A stretch of DNA of 64,000 nt from a virus (taxonomy: Duplodnaviria > Heunggongvirae > Uroviricota > Caudoviricetes), in the IMG/VR virus record IMGVR_UViG_2974649431_000001, positions 28,282 to 92,281 of that record, one strand, 5' to 3'. Under the pieces are notes generated by a model. The model saw nothing but the letters and a program-made list of their open reading frames with translations, was not told the DNA's origin and did not search any database. Both the position numbers and the translations under genes were made by a program. Positions within the stretch are counted from its first letter, which is position 1. Every line of letters begins with the position of its first letter. Shown here piece after piece: positions 1 through 9,353 of this stretch.

Positions 1-318
1 GTCCCCGCACTGACGGGAACGGGCGGCGTGGAGGTCAGCACCTCCGGCACCAACTATGGTCGCGTCCAAATCGTCGCCAACTCCGGCTGGGCGGGTCCCT
101 CGGGCACCAACCAGGAGTACACCAACGCAGCCGACCTGAGCTTCCTGGTGCCGACGGCCAACTGGGGCACGATCACCGGCGCGGGACTCTACGACGCCTC
201 GACGGGTGGCAACCTCACGTGGATCGCAGTGCTGACCACACCCAAGGTCGTGAACAACGGCGACGGTGCACCCCGTATCCTCGCATCCCAGCTTCGTATC
301 TCGCGCGCCGTATGCTAA
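1..318 (+). CDS. virion structural / tail-fibre-associated protein, 5'-truncated
   Basis: Frame is open from base 1 (VPALTGTGGVEVSTSGTNYGRV...). The pattern EVS..NY.RV...FxVPTANWGTITGAGLYDASTGGNL is typical of a phage tail-associated beta-sandwich family. Confidence 0.6.
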   Translation, partial: VPALTGTGGVEVSTSGTNYGRVQIVANSGWAGPSGTNQEYTNAADLSFLVPTANWGTITGAGLYDASTGGNLTWIAVLTTPKVVNNGDGAPRILASQLRISRAVC

Positions 319-334
319 CAACCAGAAAGAGAAA

Positions 335-604
335 ATGACAAGCTTCACAGATTACAGCAAGGGCCTCCTGGAGGCTTCTGACACCAAGGTGCCCTTCCAG
401 CCAGGCAAGACCGTGGCCAACAAAGAATCGGATGCGGGGTACAAACTCAGCGCGCTCAATGCTCTGGTGACCAAAGTCCATCTGGCATACGACAAGATTC
501 CAGAAACGCTGAAAGCCGACCAGATCGACCAAGCGGTGCAGCAACTCGAGAAGCTCTGCACTGCAGCCGACAACGCGATCAAGGCGCTGAAGGCGCACAA
601 GTAA
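335..604 (+). CDS. small hypothetical protein; candidate internal head protein
   Basis: ATG at 335 after a purine-rich RBS. The N-terminus MTSFTDYSKGLLEA matches a motif shared with four other small ORFs. Confidence 0.7.
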   Translation: MTSFTDYSKGLLEASDTKVPFQPGKTVANKESDAGYKLSALNALVTKVHLAYDKIPETLKADQIDQAVQQLEKLCTAADNAIKALKAHK

Positions 605-609
605 AATGG

Positions 610-633
610 ACCCGCTTCGGCGGGTTTCTTTTT
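610..633 (+). terminator. rho-independent terminator (UUCG tetraloop)
   Basis: ACCCGC-TTCG-GCGGGT followed by TTCTTTTT directly after the stop at 604. Confidence 0.9.
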
Positions 634-635
634 GG

Positions 636-665
636 TTGCGAACCATTCTGGAACTGTTCTATAAT
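636..665 (+). promoter_or_regulatory. sigma70-like early promoter
   Basis: TTGCGA (636-641), 18-nt spacer, TATAAT (660-665), then AAGGA RBS and ATG at 689. Confidence 0.65.
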
Positions 666-688
666 TGCATATCGCAACAAGGAACACT

Positions 689-907
689 ATGGCACATTTC
701 ACTTTCGCCGAAGCGGAACGCATCCTCCGGGGCACCGAGCAACGCACCAATGGTGACTTCCCCGAGTTCGTCGAGATCATGATGAAGCACCTGGCGGAAC
801 GCAACCCCGGCAATGCAGCGCTGTTCCGCAACACCACCCACGAGGACTTCGACGACATCATCGCGTTCTACTCGTGGTTCTACAGACACTGGGTGAGTGA
901 CCTGTGA
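689..907 (+). CDS. hypothetical early protein
   Basis: ATG at 689 with AAGGA RBS and phage-like codon usage (MAHFTFAEAERILRG...). Confidence 0.7.
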   Translation: MAHFTFAEAERILRGTEQRTNGDFPEFVEIMMKHLAERNPGNAALFRNTTHEDFDDIIAFYSWFYRHWVSDL

Positions 908-1056
908 AGCACATAGAGAAAATCGCTGCCGAACTGATCCGGCAGCGACTTGAAAGGGATCGGATGAGGGCGCAAGCCCTCTCCAATGCAGCTCGTTTGA
1001 AACGACTTGCTGAGCGGGCTAGCCCTGCATCACAGCCACCAAGCCGGCATCCTTGA
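904..1056 (+). CDS. small basic helical hypothetical protein (50 aa)
   Basis: GTG overlaps the upstream TGA (GTGA). Manual translation: MKHIEKIAAELIRQRLERDRMRAQALSNAARLKRLAERASPASQPPSRHP. Below the ORF-track cutoff. Confidence 0.35.
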   Translation: MKHIEKIAAELIRQRLERDRMRAQALSNAARLKRLAERASPASQPPSRHP

Positions 1057-1333
1057 AAGCCTTCACCGTCGGGGGCTTCTCGATGCCGTTCTCCTGCAGG
1101 AAGGCCTCGAAGGTCTTCTCGTTGGCCTTGCTGAACTCCCTCAGGTTCGCCGCGTACTGCTTGGCGTGCGTGTTCTTCCACTCATCGTAGAGCTCCACGA
1201 TCTGAGATTGCTGTTCAGCGTCCAGACCAGTGAGGTCGATTGCCCGCCAGTTCTGCGCCGGCGGCTTGGAGACGATGTGGAGTTCGCGCTCAGAGGTGCT
1301 GCCGTCGTCTTTGGTGTAGGTGTACTTTGCCAT
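1019..1333 (-). CDS. hypothetical protein (N-terminus loosely WYL/SH3-like)
   Basis: ATG at 1333 (MAKYTYTKDDGSTSERELHIV...) with strong phage codon bias. The YxKxDGxxxxR pattern only loosely resembles WYL-type folds. Confidence 0.6.
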   Translation of the reverse strand: MAKYTYTKDDGSTSERELHIVSKPPAQNWRAIDLTGLDAEQQSQIVELYDEWKNTHAKQYAANLREFSKANEKTFEAFLQENGIEKPPTVKAFKDAGLVAVMQG

Positions 1334-1368
1334 GGGCTCCTTTGTTGAAGAACCCACATTGTAGCAAA

Positions 1369-1695
1369 TCAGCAACGCTCTGCGTCGTGCTCGTAAATTG
1401 AGATTGACGCGCCTTCCGGAGTCTCCCTTATGGTCAGCAGCAACAGCCATTTCCCACGGACGATCCAGTAGGTGTCTCCCCATTCCTTCTTGGGGGTCCA
1501 TCCCTTGGACAGCAGTTCGGCGCGCATGCGTGCACAGAAAGCCCGCCCACCGATGGACTTGGGGACGTGAAGCTCTATGTCGTTCCTGTTGACGCTGTAG
1601 TGCTTACGGAGCCAGGAGCGCTTGATTTCGACGCTGCGACCCCAAGTCGCGTTGACCCAGCAGTAGATCCAGTAGATGACGGATTTGGCTTTCAT
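1369..1695 (-). CDS. hypothetical protein
   Basis: ORF MKAKSVIYWIYCWVNATWGRS... fills the gap divergent from 1733. The start was chosen at the internal ATG at 1695. Confidence 0.5.
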   Translation of the reverse strand: MKAKSVIYWIYCWVNATWGRSVEIKRSWLRKHYSVNRNDIELHVPKSIGGRAFCARMRAELLSKGWTPKKEWGDTYWIVRGKWLLLLTIRETPEGASISIYEHDAERC

Positions 1696-1710
1696 CCGCA
1701 CAGTGTAGCC

Positions 1711-1716
1711 TAAATA
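1711..1716 (+). promoter_or_regulatory. gp55-type late promoter (TAAATA)
   Basis: CCTAAATAC 17 nt before ATG 1733. The same hexamer precedes many structural genes. Confidence 0.65.
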
Positions 1717-1732
1717 CCTGAAAGGATCAATC

Positions 1733-3523
1733 ATGGCCGGCTACAAAAGCAGCGTGCGAGCGCTCAACCCAAAAGTGTTCATCACCTTCGACGGAGACGC
1801 CGTCGATGACTCCACAGCTACGTTCTCCGCAGTGCCCCCTGTCATCCTGGATGAGATGGGCGTGAACAATGCGACTCTCCACATCAGTTCCAGCGTTTAT
1901 CGGGGCTACCGTGCTGGCATGCCCTCCATGATCCGCCTGGAGCCCAGCCAACAGGCTAGTGTCTCCTTTGGCTTCTACGGGAAGCAAGCCGGCCCAAATG
2001 TCTGGGAGAAAGCCTACCTGGAGATTCCGCACAGCACGTCCTTTGTCTTCCCCAACAACGGGGACCTGTCCATCGTCTGGATGATGAACAAGCTGACGGA
2101 CGAGGAAGCATATCGAAGCACCTCCCTGAGCGGCGCCTATAACTATGCCACACTGAGCCGCCCCGTGTTCAGCAAAGCCGGTGTGTTTGGCGTGCGCATC
2201 ATCTACCCTTGGGCAGGCCAGTCCTACATGCAGGTCGAGCTGCCGGGTGGCAAGTTCTTCAATTGGGTGCTCCCCAGCTGGTTCCACGGCGACAACCATC
2301 ACATGGCGCTCACGTGGAAGGTCGTCATCATGGAGAACGGGGACAACGTAGGCAACGCTACGCTCTACGTGGATGGCCAGGAGGTCGCGTCAGAGGCGGC
2401 CAACTACTACGGCTCCTACCCTCCCATGGATGTGAACTCTTCCATCTTCATCGGGGGATCCAACACGCCTCTGCCTGACCATGGGGACCGCAACACCAGT
2501 AGCCTCCAGATCGATCAGTTCGCAGTGTTCGACAAGACGCTCAGCGAGTTCCAGATTTCGCGGCTGTCTCGGAAGATCCTCCCCTTCGAGGAACTCATCC
2601 TGAAGAGCCGCCCCACGGCGCTGTGGACGATGCAGGACATCGAGGATCCAAACACCACCGTAGCCGCCAACTCCATCAGCAGCTACTACACGGGGCGTTA
2701 TGTCGGCGGTCCCACGAGGGTGACACGAGGACTCCCTGGCTTCTCCCAGGTGGTGGGTAGCACGTCTGCGTTCTTCAACAACGGAGGGCAGTTCGTTGTC
2801 AATGTGTCCTCCAGTCCGACCAGCCCTGTCATTGACATCGCGAACCCCTACAGCATCATGTTCTGGTTCAAGGCGACGTCCAACCCGACTGCTACACTCT
2901 TCTCGTTCACGGGCTCCGAGAGTCCCTTTGCTGGCCTGACCGTCAGCTTGAACCTCTACGACAATCAGTACCGCAGCGGCGCCATCCAAGTGCAGGAGAG
3001 CGAGCAGGAGTGGGTGTCTGCAGCCGGCAACTACAACGACGGGCAGGAGCATCACTGCGCAATCGTGAAGCGGGGCACGCGCTTGGAACTCTATCTGGAT
3101 GGCCAGCTGATGGGATCCAAGATTGTCACGACGAGGTCCAGTGGTTCTCCGGGCATTGCCTCCATGTTCTCCGCATCGCCGGGGCGCACATCTGCGAACG
3201 GCAATGCAGCCTACTTGGCGTTTTACAATTACGCCCTGGACGACGCGTTCATCTCCGCTGTAGCGAGCTACCGGAAGACCTACAAGGTGCGGGGTATCGT
3301 GACGCTGCGAGGCACGCCCTACAAAGCCAACGTCCGCATGTACTCGCACTTCAGCGGGGCCTTGCTGCAGGAAGTCCTCAGCGATCCCAACACCGGCGAG
3401 TACCTGGCAGAGATGAACGACAACCGCACCATCGACATCGTGGTGCTGAACACACAAGACCCCAACGTGCGCTACCGTGTCTACGGACCCGTGGTGCCCA
3501 GCGAATACGAGGATGCGCCCTAA
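1733..3523 (+). CDS. tail/virion protein with two LamG (concanavalin A-like) domains and a C-terminal transthyretin-like domain
   Basis: Two units with LamG hallmarks (HHMALTW..ATLYVDG..IDQFAVFDKTLS; HHCAIVK..LELYLDG..LAFYNYAL) and a C-terminal VRGIVTLRGTP..SDPNTGEY. Confidence 0.75.
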   Translation: MAGYKSSVRALNPKVFITFDGDAVDDSTATFSAVPPVILDEMGVNNATLHISSSVYRGYRAGMPSMIRLEPSQQASVSFGFYGKQAGPNVWEKAYLEIPHSTSFVFPNNGDLSIVWMMNKLTDEEAYRSTSLSGAYNYATLSRPVFSKAGVFGVRIIYPWAGQSYMQVELPGGKFFNWVLPSWFHGDNHHMALTWKVVIMENGDNVGNATLYVDGQEVASEAANYYGSYPPMDVNSSIFIGGSNTPLPDHGDRNTSSLQIDQFAVFDKTLSEFQISRLSRKILPFEELILKSRPTALWTMQDIEDPNTTVAANSISSYYTGRYVGGPTRVTRGLPGFSQVVGSTSAFFNNGGQFVVNVSSSPTSPVIDIANPYSIMFWFKATSNPTATLFSFTGSESPFAGLTVSLNLYDNQYRSGAIQVQESEQEWVSAAGNYNDGQEHHCAIVKRGTRLELYLDGQLMGSKIVTTRSSGSPGIASMFSASPGRTSANGNAAYLAFYNYALDDAFISAVASYRKTYKVRGIVTLRGTPYKANVRMYSHFSGALLQEVLSDPNTGEYLAEMNDNRTIDIVVLNTQDPNVRYRVYGPVVPSEYEDAP

Positions 3524-5031
3524 TGGCTCTGGGAAAATTTGAAGGCAACGTGAAGGTTCAAGGGGAGCCGCAAGCAGGCGCCATCGTGAAGGTCTTCCGC
3601 AAGTCCGACGACAAGAAGATGTCTCAGGCCACTACCGACTCTGCCGGGCACTTCGTTGTGCTCGGACTCGACACGGCAATCGAATACTACATGATCATCG
3701 AGGAGCCCTCAGGGAACTGGAATCCTCGCGTGAGTGCGAAACGCTTCCCCGTGGAGAGCGATGCCGATCCCGCACGCGACTACATCCTGGAACGCCAGCC
3801 CTTTGTTTATCTCCGATTCGATGAGGCCGTGGGTACTGCAGTCGTAGACGCCGCAGAAAACGTGAGCGACTTCACCTACATCGGCGGGGATGCTTCCACG
3901 CTGAACACCAATAACCCCCTCGTGCATGGATCCCTGAAGGCGTTGACTACTCCGGTGCAACAGTCGCCGGGCTCCGCTGTCGGGGTGCGCCGAGACAATC
4001 CCCTCTTCAACATGCTGAACGTCAATTGGGCGATCGGAATGGTCTTCAACATGGAGGCCAACGGTCTCCAGGGCGATGGAACCTCAGTGCTTTGCAAGAT
4101 GGCGGGCCTATACTCACCAGAGCTCAGCACGTTCCCTGTGACAGGCGACCCCAGCAAGTTCTACATCCGCGTCCAGTATTCCGGTTACTCCAACCTCATG
4201 CGGAGCCGCAATCTGAACGTGGGACAAACCTACCACATCGCTTTGGTGCAAGATGAAAGCAGGGTCCTGCTCTACATCGACGGCAAGCTGGACGTCAGCT
4301 CACGGAGCCGCTATGCCAGTGGATACGACCAGGGCAATGTCACCATCGGGTTTGGGCTGTACACTGGCAGCTCGATCTTCTACAACTATGGGGGTCGCAT
4401 CGATGACTTCGTCGTCTTCGGCAAAGAACTTGACGACCTGGACGCCAGCAACATCTACACGTTGCAGACCAATCCGGCGGCTTCCCTTTCGAAGACCTAC
4501 TGCCAGTTCGATCCCGCGTTGAAGGTGGGTACTGTAGACGTCGTCAGCCGGCGTCGCATCCGCAACACCACGTCAAGCGGCCATTCCTCAGTGCTCGGTA
4601 ATCAGCCGAAGACGTCAGGCAAGTGGTACTTCGAGGTGACCCGGGAGTCGTGGAACATCATGCCGGGCGTGTCCGCAAGTCTGCCCCCATCGGATGGACA
4701 GCTCTACCCCGGAGGGCGTGCCGACTCCATTGGCCTATGGCAGAACACCGTGTGGAACAATGGATCGCAGATCGGCTCGATGCCCGACAGCCTCCCCGAG
4801 ACTGGAACAATCGGTGTCGCCGTTGACTTGGATGCGCGCAAGCTCTCCTATGTCTACGCTGGACAGACGAGCGTGAGTCAATACAACATCCCCGCGGGTG
4901 CGATGAGGATTGCAGTCGGCAACGGCGGCTCAGACGCTAGCTCTTGGGGCCATCGCCTGAACTCGGGAGGCGCGCCATTTGTGCTGACCGTTCCGGCGGG
5001 CTACAACCCTGGCTGGTACGAGGAGACCTAA
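3523..5031 (+). CDS. tail/virion protein: transthyretin-like + LamG + SPRY domains
   Basis: ATG at 3523 overlaps TAA. LamG motifs YHIALV..LLYIDGKL..GRIDDFVVF and SPRY motifs TSGKWYFEV..GTIGVAVDLDARKL. Confidence 0.75.
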   Translation: MALGKFEGNVKVQGEPQAGAIVKVFRKSDDKKMSQATTDSAGHFVVLGLDTAIEYYMIIEEPSGNWNPRVSAKRFPVESDADPARDYILERQPFVYLRFDEAVGTAVVDAAENVSDFTYIGGDASTLNTNNPLVHGSLKALTTPVQQSPGSAVGVRRDNPLFNMLNVNWAIGMVFNMEANGLQGDGTSVLCKMAGLYSPELSTFPVTGDPSKFYIRVQYSGYSNLMRSRNLNVGQTYHIALVQDESRVLLYIDGKLDVSSRSRYASGYDQGNVTIGFGLYTGSSIFYNYGGRIDDFVVFGKELDDLDASNIYTLQTNPAASLSKTYCQFDPALKVGTVDVVSRRRIRNTTSSGHSSVLGNQPKTSGKWYFEVTRESWNIMPGVSASLPPSDGQLYPGGRADSIGLWQNTVWNNGSQIGSMPDSLPETGTIGVAVDLDARKLSYVYAGQTSVSQYNIPAGAMRIAVGNGGSDASSWGHRLNSGGAPFVLTVPAGYNPGWYEET

Positions 5032-5039
5032 ATAACACC

Positions 5040-6203
5040 ATGATCAAGTTCTACTCCCACGCGATGCCGTCGATCGGCGCATATGACGGCCGTGCTGCAG
5101 GCAGTCTTATCTCTCTCCTGGACCGATGCATTGCGGGCTTCGGCGACTGCACGCCCACTGCATTCTCGGTGACCGCAGGCATCGGCACGCTGACTGTCAG
5201 CGGCCACAGCTTCGTTGATCACTGCGTCGCGCTTGTCACCGTGACAGGACAAGCCGGTATGTCCGGTGAGTTCAAGGTGAAGTCCGCAACGAACACCTCC
5301 GTGACGCTGTACTGCCCGGGTATCCCCGACGGTGCAGCGACTGGCGCGATCTCCGCGAAGGTCGCAGGCATGAACATGCAGAAGGCTTTCTCCTCGGGGA
5401 CAACGAGGGCTGCCTACAAATTCACGAACCCAGAAGCGCTCCAGGCATTCATGTACATCGAGGACAAGGGCTTCGATGGCAACCCGCAGTCGCTCAACGC
5501 GCGCGTGAAGGTGTTCGAGAACATGACCGACATCGACCATGGGTACAATCCCATGCCGCCTCCTTCCCAGAATGCTGATGGGGGCTATTTCCGCAAGGGG
5601 ACTCGTGGCGCCGGCAATCTCCAGTTCTACCTGGTGACCGATGGTCGCTTCATGTACTTCATGAACGACTCCTACCCCGGACAAGTCAACCACATCTGCT
5701 GGGCATTCGGCACTTTCAACGCTTACCGCAGCACCGATCCCTATGCCGTCATGCTCTTTGCACCCGTCCACTCTGAAAACTACGGTGACCAGAGCTTCCA
5801 CTATGCGTCCAACGGGTTCTGCCCACAGTGGGTGTTCCGCGCCGACAATGCTATGGTGGGAAGCATCCCTACCTATGCAATGGGCTGCTTCCCCGGCGGC
5901 AACCAGCATCCTGGTCAGCAAGGCCTCGGCGGCGACATCGTCGATCGCCTCTACACGTTCCCGCGTTTGATCGTCGACAGCAACGCCAGCGGCTGGCAGT
6001 GGGGCAAGATCCGCGGTGAGGTGCCCGGCTACGTCTTCCCCTCCCAACGCCTCTCCGTTTATCCTGCGACAGGTACCGTCTTCGATGGCAACGGTGCGCT
6101 GAGCGGCCGTAAGCTGCTGGTGTGTGCAGGTAGCATGAACGACCCTCAGGGGGATGTGAACCCCAATGCCTACTTCATGATCGACCTGACAGGACCGTGG
6201 TAA
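5040..6203 (+). CDS. tail-associated virion structural protein
   Basis: ATG at 5040. The N-terminal AAGSLISLLDRCIAGFG motif resembles proteobacterial phage tail proteins, and the gene lies in the tail cluster. Confidence 0.6.
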   Translation: MIKFYSHAMPSIGAYDGRAAGSLISLLDRCIAGFGDCTPTAFSVTAGIGTLTVSGHSFVDHCVALVTVTGQAGMSGEFKVKSATNTSVTLYCPGIPDGAATGAISAKVAGMNMQKAFSSGTTRAAYKFTNPEALQAFMYIEDKGFDGNPQSLNARVKVFENMTDIDHGYNPMPPPSQNADGGYFRKGTRGAGNLQFYLVTDGRFMYFMNDSYPGQVNHICWAFGTFNAYRSTDPYAVMLFAPVHSENYGDQSFHYASNGFCPQWVFRADNAMVGSIPTYAMGCFPGGNQHPGQQGLGGDIVDRLYTFPRLIVDSNASGWQWGKIRGEVPGYVFPSQRLSVYPATGTVFDGNGALSGRKLLVCAGSMNDPQGDVNPNAYFMIDLTGPW

Positions 6204-6204
6204 G

Positions 6205-7002
6205 ATGGCGTCCACCACTTGGAGGGTTCGCATTGAAGGTCTAGGAGGTCCGCTGGAGATCAGCGAGATGCGCCTCTGCGACAGCACGGGTGCGCCTCTG
6301 GATGGGTCAGCTACTGTCACTTCATCCCAGGTTCCATTTGTGGGCAGCGCTTCCACGCTGAACGACGGGGACCTCATCACAGCCACCATCTGGACAGAAG
6401 CGCAGTGGAGGAACAACGGCTTCTACCTGGAGGTCGTCTTCCCGACTGCTGTGGATGTTGCGCTCGTGAACTTCGGCGCGACAAACAAGCCCGAGAGGTT
6501 CCCGAAGACTGCTGTGCTCTACGAACGCGTCGATGGGATTGACACCCAGAAGGCCCAGATCGGGGACTATGTCTACCCGGGGAACAACACGATGACGTCG
6601 GTCAACCCAGCTGATGGCACGGGACTGACGACTGCCAGGGCCGTCTACACCTATGTGGAACCGACTGTCTTCACCCAGTTTGAAATCAACGGGGCCGAGT
6701 ACGCCTTCAGGAAGGGAACGGCTGTCATCCGCCCCACTGGCGAGACAGGCAACGCTGTGATCTTCGGCAACGTGAAAGAGAAGCTCCAGACGGGTACCAA
6801 GAACTTCCGGACGCTCGTCATCCTCGTCGAGGAACCCAGGATGCGCATCATCGACCAGGCCTTCAGCGATGCTGTCACCGGCGACTACATCTTCAAGGAT
6901 CTCCTGGAGTATGCTAGGTACTCGGTCATCGCCTACGACCACAAGAAAGAGAATCCGGCGATGATCGCAGACAACGTTTCCCCCGTCGTTCTCCCACCCT
7001 AA
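6205..7002 (+). CDS. tail-associated protein with a discoidin-like N-terminus and transthyretin-like C-terminus
   Basis: TWRVRI..EISEMRL at the N-terminus and GNVKEK..DQAFSDAVTGDYIF..RYSVIAYDH at the C-terminus. Confidence 0.55.
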   Translation: MASTTWRVRIEGLGGPLEISEMRLCDSTGAPLDGSATVTSSQVPFVGSASTLNDGDLITATIWTEAQWRNNGFYLEVVFPTAVDVALVNFGATNKPERFPKTAVLYERVDGIDTQKAQIGDYVYPGNNTMTSVNPADGTGLTTARAVYTYVEPTVFTQFEINGAEYAFRKGTAVIRPTGETGNAVIFGNVKEKLQTGTKNFRTLVILVEEPRMRIIDQAFSDAVTGDYIFKDLLEYARYSVIAYDHKKENPAMIADNVSPVVLPP

Positions 7003-7100
7003 GTATGCCATAAGGCTACTCACGAATGGAGAACTATGGGGTCGAATCAAAAAGCACAGCGGGAGCGCAACCCCATTGACGCCTCAGGACTGACCGCCTG

Positions 7101-9353
7101 ATGAGCAGCAACAACGGAGCATCCACAATCCTCGGCATCACAGCCGGGTTGGGCTCTGTTGACTTTGTTTTCGACAAGAAGGCCCTTCAGATTGTCCCTC
7201 CCGTTGACTTCATCTTCGGGGCGGACAAGTGCTTCCCGGATTGGATGGATCAATCCGGCGGCTCCATCATTGTTGACATCGATGGCTGCTGCTTTGATGT
7301 AGCCAATGACTGGGTTTCCGTTGCCGGAGACTCGATTGTCCTCGACGCCACCAAGGGGTGGCAAGATGCTAGCGGCGACCAGCTCGTCCTAGACAACGGG
7401 AAGTCTGCGGTTTGCCCTCCCGATTGGGAACCCCAGAGCGGCGGTTCGATTGACGTCGACTTCTACTGCTGCACGACCGGCGGAGGCGAAGCCCTCCCCA
7501 TTGACCTGGGTGCAGTGCGCTTCACGGAAGGCTCGGTCTTCGTTGCCGACGCCATCACCGATCCCCGTATCTCGCTGGGTTTCTACGAAGGCGCGACCTT
7601 CGAGGCGGATCTTGTCCGCTATCCCAGCGTCTTGCTCAGTGCAGATGCAGTCGGCGGTGAGTACGTCGAAGCAAGCATCTACACGGACGTCGTCCTCCCC
7701 GCAGATGCAGCAGCAGGCGAGTACCTGGAACTGGCGCTCGCAGTCTTCCCCGCAATCGACCTTCAAGCGGTTGCCGTGGATGGCGCATCCCTGGAAGCTA
7801 AGGTCGAGTTCACCACAGGCTTCCCGCAGACCTACACGCAAGGCGAATGGGCAGTCGCCGATCTGGAGATCACCCCGTACGAGGGCTTGATCCCCGTTGC
7901 CCACACTGGCGAAGTCCTCCAGGTCTCCGTCGAGACGATCACGGGCTTCCAAGTGCCTGTGTACGTCGGCGAGTCCGCAGATGCTAGCCTAGCGTCCACT
8001 ACAACGTTTGATGCTAACGCCCACACTGGCGAAAACGCATCCGCCGATCTCGCCGTCGCCCCGCCGGCTTACCTGACGGCAGAACTCGCGACAGGCGAAT
8101 CCTTCGTCGCTAGCCTTGCGCTGGGCGCATCCAGCTTTGGGGTGAACTTCGCCCATGAGGGAAGCGAAGCCTATGTGTCTCTGGATACGCGCCCCGCAGC
8201 AGATCTGTTCTGGCAGTTCTACGCAGGCGAACAGGGCAGCGTGACGCTCAGCTTGGGTGCAAACCTGGGCGAAGTGGGCTTCTTCGAAGGCGTGCGCGCT
8301 GAGGCATCCCTCGGTGAAGAACCCAACGTCTACGCCTTCCACGGGGAGGTAATGGACTGGGCGCTGCGCACGGAAGACGGCTTCCAGGCTGGTGTCTCCC
8401 AAGGGGAAAGCGCGAGCCTCGAACTGAACGTGCGTGTCAGCGAAGGCCTGGGCGAACTGGCTGCAGCCGATGGCTCCACTGTGTTCGCCAATCTGGGCGC
8501 GCTGAAAGCCATCCCTCTCGCGGTCACTTTCTACAACAGCTATACGGTGCACTCAGGCATCGGCGCGTCTACCTTCCTGGATCTGGACAGCGGCTGTGCC
8601 TCCGGACACAACCCTGGGAAGCAGGACATCCACCGCATTGAGATGAACGATGCGGAGTTCCCCGACCAGCGCTTCGACGGGGACCGGACCTGCGTGAGTC
8701 TCGACCTGTCCGCACAGCCTCGCTTCTCCTTCAACTTCTTCGGCGGCGAGACTTTCCGCACCGTTGACGCCGCCGATCCGAGTCTCCGCACGGTGCTGAG
8801 CAATGAGGGTGCGACCATGCGATTCGCCCTCGAGTCCAACATCAACTTCCGTCTGTGCCCGGGCAACTTTATCCCCGATGGGGATAACGTCTACGTGGAA
8901 CTGGACGTGGAGGATGTGGGGAACTGCCAATCGGACTACGCCTTCCACGGGGTGAACGTCAGCGCTTGGCTGCAGGCCAATCAGAACTTCCAGCCCGTCG
9001 GACACACAGGCGAGACGCTGACGTTCGACCTGACCACCGCTGAGCTCTGGACGCTGGTCGGCCAGGCAGGCGAGACGTTCTCCATGGCCAGCCAGCCGGA
9101 TCCGCAGCCCCGCGCTTACGAAGGCGTGCGCGTCGACGCTACCTTCTATGAGCCTCCTATTGTGGGCGCCGAAGGTGCTACCGCAGAGGCTTCCCTGACC
9201 ATTAAGTACGAAGTGAAATTCGACGAAGTGGGCTGCCTGGACAACGAGTACATCTGGCAGGATGACAACGGTGACCCCATCACGGAACTGTTCAACCCCG
9301 TGGCCGTCGAAATGGATCCTTTCTCCCACGACATCCGGGCGCACTGCGAATAA
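7101..9353 (+). CDS. repeat-rich acidic virion/fibre protein
   Basis: 750-aa ORF with about 18-20 degenerate strand-GE-strand repeats and a duplicated PDW.xQSGGSI.VD..CC motif. Confidence 0.6.
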   Translation: MSSNNGASTILGITAGLGSVDFVFDKKALQIVPPVDFIFGADKCFPDWMDQSGGSIIVDIDGCCFDVANDWVSVAGDSIVLDATKGWQDASGDQLVLDNGKSAVCPPDWEPQSGGSIDVDFYCCTTGGGEALPIDLGAVRFTEGSVFVADAITDPRISLGFYEGATFEADLVRYPSVLLSADAVGGEYVEASIYTDVVLPADAAAGEYLELALAVFPAIDLQAVAVDGASLEAKVEFTTGFPQTYTQGEWAVADLEITPYEGLIPVAHTGEVLQVSVETITGFQVPVYVGESADASLASTTTFDANAHTGENASADLAVAPPAYLTAELATGESFVASLALGASSFGVNFAHEGSEAYVSLDTRPAADLFWQFYAGEQGSVTLSLGANLGEVGFFEGVRAEASLGEEPNVYAFHGEVMDWALRTEDGFQAGVSQGESASLELNVRVSEGLGELAAADGSTVFANLGALKAIPLAVTFYNSYTVHSGIGASTFLDLDSGCASGHNPGKQDIHRIEMNDAEFPDQRFDGDRTCVSLDLSAQPRFSFNFFGGETFRTVDAADPSLRTVLSNEGATMRFALESNINFRLCPGNFIPDGDNVYVELDVEDVGNCQSDYAFHGVNVSAWLQANQNFQPVGHTGETLTFDLTTAELWTLVGQAGETFSMASQPDPQPRAYEGVRVDATFYEPPIVGAEGATAEASLTIKYEVKFDEVGCLDNEYIWQDDNGDPITELFNPVAVEMDPFSHDIRAHCE

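Noticed and set aside
5029-5034. TAAATA late promoter before ORF 5040
   Set aside because: It is formed by the upstream stop codon and lies only 5 nt before the ATG, leaving no room for a leader; it may be coincidental.
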